The notes under the pieces are model-generated. The model saw nothing but the letters and a program-made list of their open reading frames with translations. It ran no database searches and was not told the DNA's origin. From Owenia fusiformis (Eukaryota), in assembly GCA_903813345.2 (NCBI GenBank), contig CAIIXF020000001.1:25916001-25980000 (forward strand): a stretch of DNA of 64,000 nt, read 5' to 3'. A program made the translations under genes and the position numbers. Below are positions 61,509 to 64,000 of the stretch, piece by piece. Position 1 is the first letter of the stretch. Every line of letters starts with the position of its first letter.

Positions 61509-64000
61509 ATACTCAAATTGAAGTAGATAACAATCATTGTATTGTTTCTAGAGTAGAAATTCGCTATTACTCAGCGATTTCTTCAAAGTAAGGCTATATA
61601 TTTAAGAAATATAGACTGAAGAGCAGGTGTTATATCGACGATTACACCATGCAGGGCTAGGTACAAATGTTTTATGTACCCCGAACGACTGAAGGGAGTG
61701 AAGTGTTCGAAAGCTTTTGTGCCTAGCTCTATCATATGGGGTGTACGTATCCTAGCTTATTAGATATGGCATTGCATGCTCTAAATATTTAGATTTTAAG
61801 TCAAGACACAATACTTTAGTGATCAAACTGTTAGGTCAAGGTTATACTTGTAAAAAGTTTAAGAAATACTTTCTGGTCTTTGCTGAAAAATACAAGTCAT
61901 TAATTTCGAAGTTTTAAGTTTTACAACTTGAGATGCTGAAGGATGTAGGAATTGTTTAAGAAATTGGCGCTGAACTCACAATTTTTTCAATTGGCACCTT
62001 TTGAGGTGGATCCCAGCACTGGCATTAATGGTTGAGAAATAGGGATCGAAACCAGCCATAGTTCTCTCCTGATGACCATTGTGAATTATTGTGTTTTATG
62101 GATTATGGCGATGGCTTTTGCGAATGGATGTTGACCCTTTGAAACGCCTATGGACTTGTAGACTGGATTTTATCTATCCCACATCATTTGAGACTGAATG
62201 CTCTATTTTATATGAGTACTTGTATCTACAACTATTTTTGATGTTATGAGTATTGGATATCAATTTCTAATTTTTTCTTCAACATGTATTGTAATGACTT
62301 CAGTATGAATGAAATGTCCCTTGGTGTTCTAGTCTTGGATTGTGATATTGGTTCTTGAATGGCGGGGGAAAGACATTGTTTCTTTTCATGTTAGATCATG
62401 GTTTTGGGATATATGGGGTTTGTTTTTCTTGACTGGTATGCACTTAGAGTTTGCTTTTTCTTGCTAAGTTCCATTACAACTTTTGGTCCTTTCCCTTTGG
62501 CACTCGTGCTTAGATATCTAAGGGGTGTATTTGTCGATATTACACATTATTCGTATTACCAGGGGTAGTGTTGAGGAATATACCCCAGGTGAAATTCTGA
62601 TATATCTGTAATGTATGCCTTTTAATATCTGTCAATTTGATCAAGGGTAGAGTAGATGGTAAATAATCACATCATGCCATATACAGATTCATGAATATAT
62701 TGTAGTGTTCGTTGGGATTTGCTACTCCGTGGAGTTGTCGTTTTCTAGTTAGATAACTATTACATAATCAACACTGTCGCTGTACTGCTAAACAGTCATT
62801 TTCTCCTGAAGCGCGCCATCCAGCCATTCACATTTATGGGCTTCAAGACTTCTGATGAGACACACTGTATGTCTTCTGGTAAAGCTCCTAAGTAATAATT
62901 CTCAACTTTTTCTCAACTAAATTGTGTTGATTCAAGGGCGGATGGATTGGGACAATCTGCATATTTCAAGTTTTCCAATGAGCCCCCTTGAAATTTCTGC
63001 AATCTGCAAACGCCTTAATTGTTGGGGGTAGGGTTCGAACTTCATTGCTGTTGTAGATTGTTTTAATCGCTTTATATCCACCACTGCCCTCCCAGGTGAT
63101 TTTCGCTGCATGGTGGACAGATTCTGCAACTGATGGTTGTGGTTATGATGCACAAGAAGAATATGCTATATATATCATTCCATGCCATATTCATTTGTAA
63201 GATGTTTAGCTTTAATCATCATGGTCATCATTGTGCTAGGGTCGGATGGTTTCATGTCAGCCAATGGCTAGTACTTTGTTAAGGTGGCAGGCTTAACTGA
63301 TTTCTCTTTCATTGTAGTCAATCTGGTAAAGTATCCTCCATACTTGGGGATTTAATAGCTCAATATTCTTTTTAGTTGTACTGCCAATATCACCAATGTA
63401 TGGGTTGACTTCCATCCATTCCAAAAGGACATGTTTGCTCCAAAATTGTTTGAAATTATCTGTATCAATCTAGATACAACAGCAGAAGCCTTGAACTCCA
63501 GCAGTATAGTCCCAAGCGATATTTGTAGAGGTAAATAATTGTAGATAACTAAGTTGGTGATTCAGTAATCTCTTAGAGGGGAAAGATCACAATTGTTATT
63601 TTTCACACCTCTATGAAAATGGAATGTTAGTATAGTCACATTTTTCGTTTGGATGACATTTTTTGACAAATTAGTTTAAAAAGCATCATATTTTGTATCA
63701 CATGATGACTTTATAAATTGAGGTACATTGAATATAATTGCATGTGCTTCTATCAAAATATGTACTATAGGTATTATCTTTTAACAAAGTTTTTTTTTAT
63801 TGTAATACTATGTAATCAATCTCAAACTAGATATCAGCAACTTGCACAGATATTAAGACATACATACATTAGAGATATATAAGAAGTTTCACAGATTTAA
63901 GCATATGAGTGACCATTAAGGGGTTTCAAAGGTATAAATCATCAAGACAATACTATTTGAAATCTAATATAGTATCATGTAACACTACTTTGAAAAGATC

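Overview
AT-rich, intron-rich animal (invertebrate-type) genomic DNA, not prokaryotic. Most of the window is one minus-strand dystrobrevin gene (Dyb; DTNA/DTNB family). Twelve coding exons were reconstructed by hand from the ATG at 59954 to 360, all with GT-AG sites and consistent phases. They give 1589 nt (about 529 codons) covering the EF-hand region, ZZ zinc finger, syntrophin-binding region and the start of the coiled coil; the gene continues left of the window. The most striking feature lies in the 24-kb intron before the coiled-coil exon: a same-strand, uninterrupted 1267-codon low-complexity ORF (14380-10577). It carries a phase-0 donor (AAA|GTAAGA at 10607) that would splice in frame onto the coiled-coil exon. 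This suggests a giant alternative first exon giving an isoform with a ~1258-aa disordered N-terminus in place of EF-hand/ZZ. A second candidate phase-0 first exon ends at 6110. The introns are full of minisatellites and DNA-transposon derivatives. These include a three-armed maT (DD37D)-like fold-back, two CAC...GTG fold-backs with 5-bp TSDs, a TTAA Kolobok-like MITE, Helentron/HINE-like satellite carriers and a Crypton-like fragment. A 70-bp tandem repeat also duplicates an exon acceptor. All coordinates were counted by eye; repeat boundaries are approximate.
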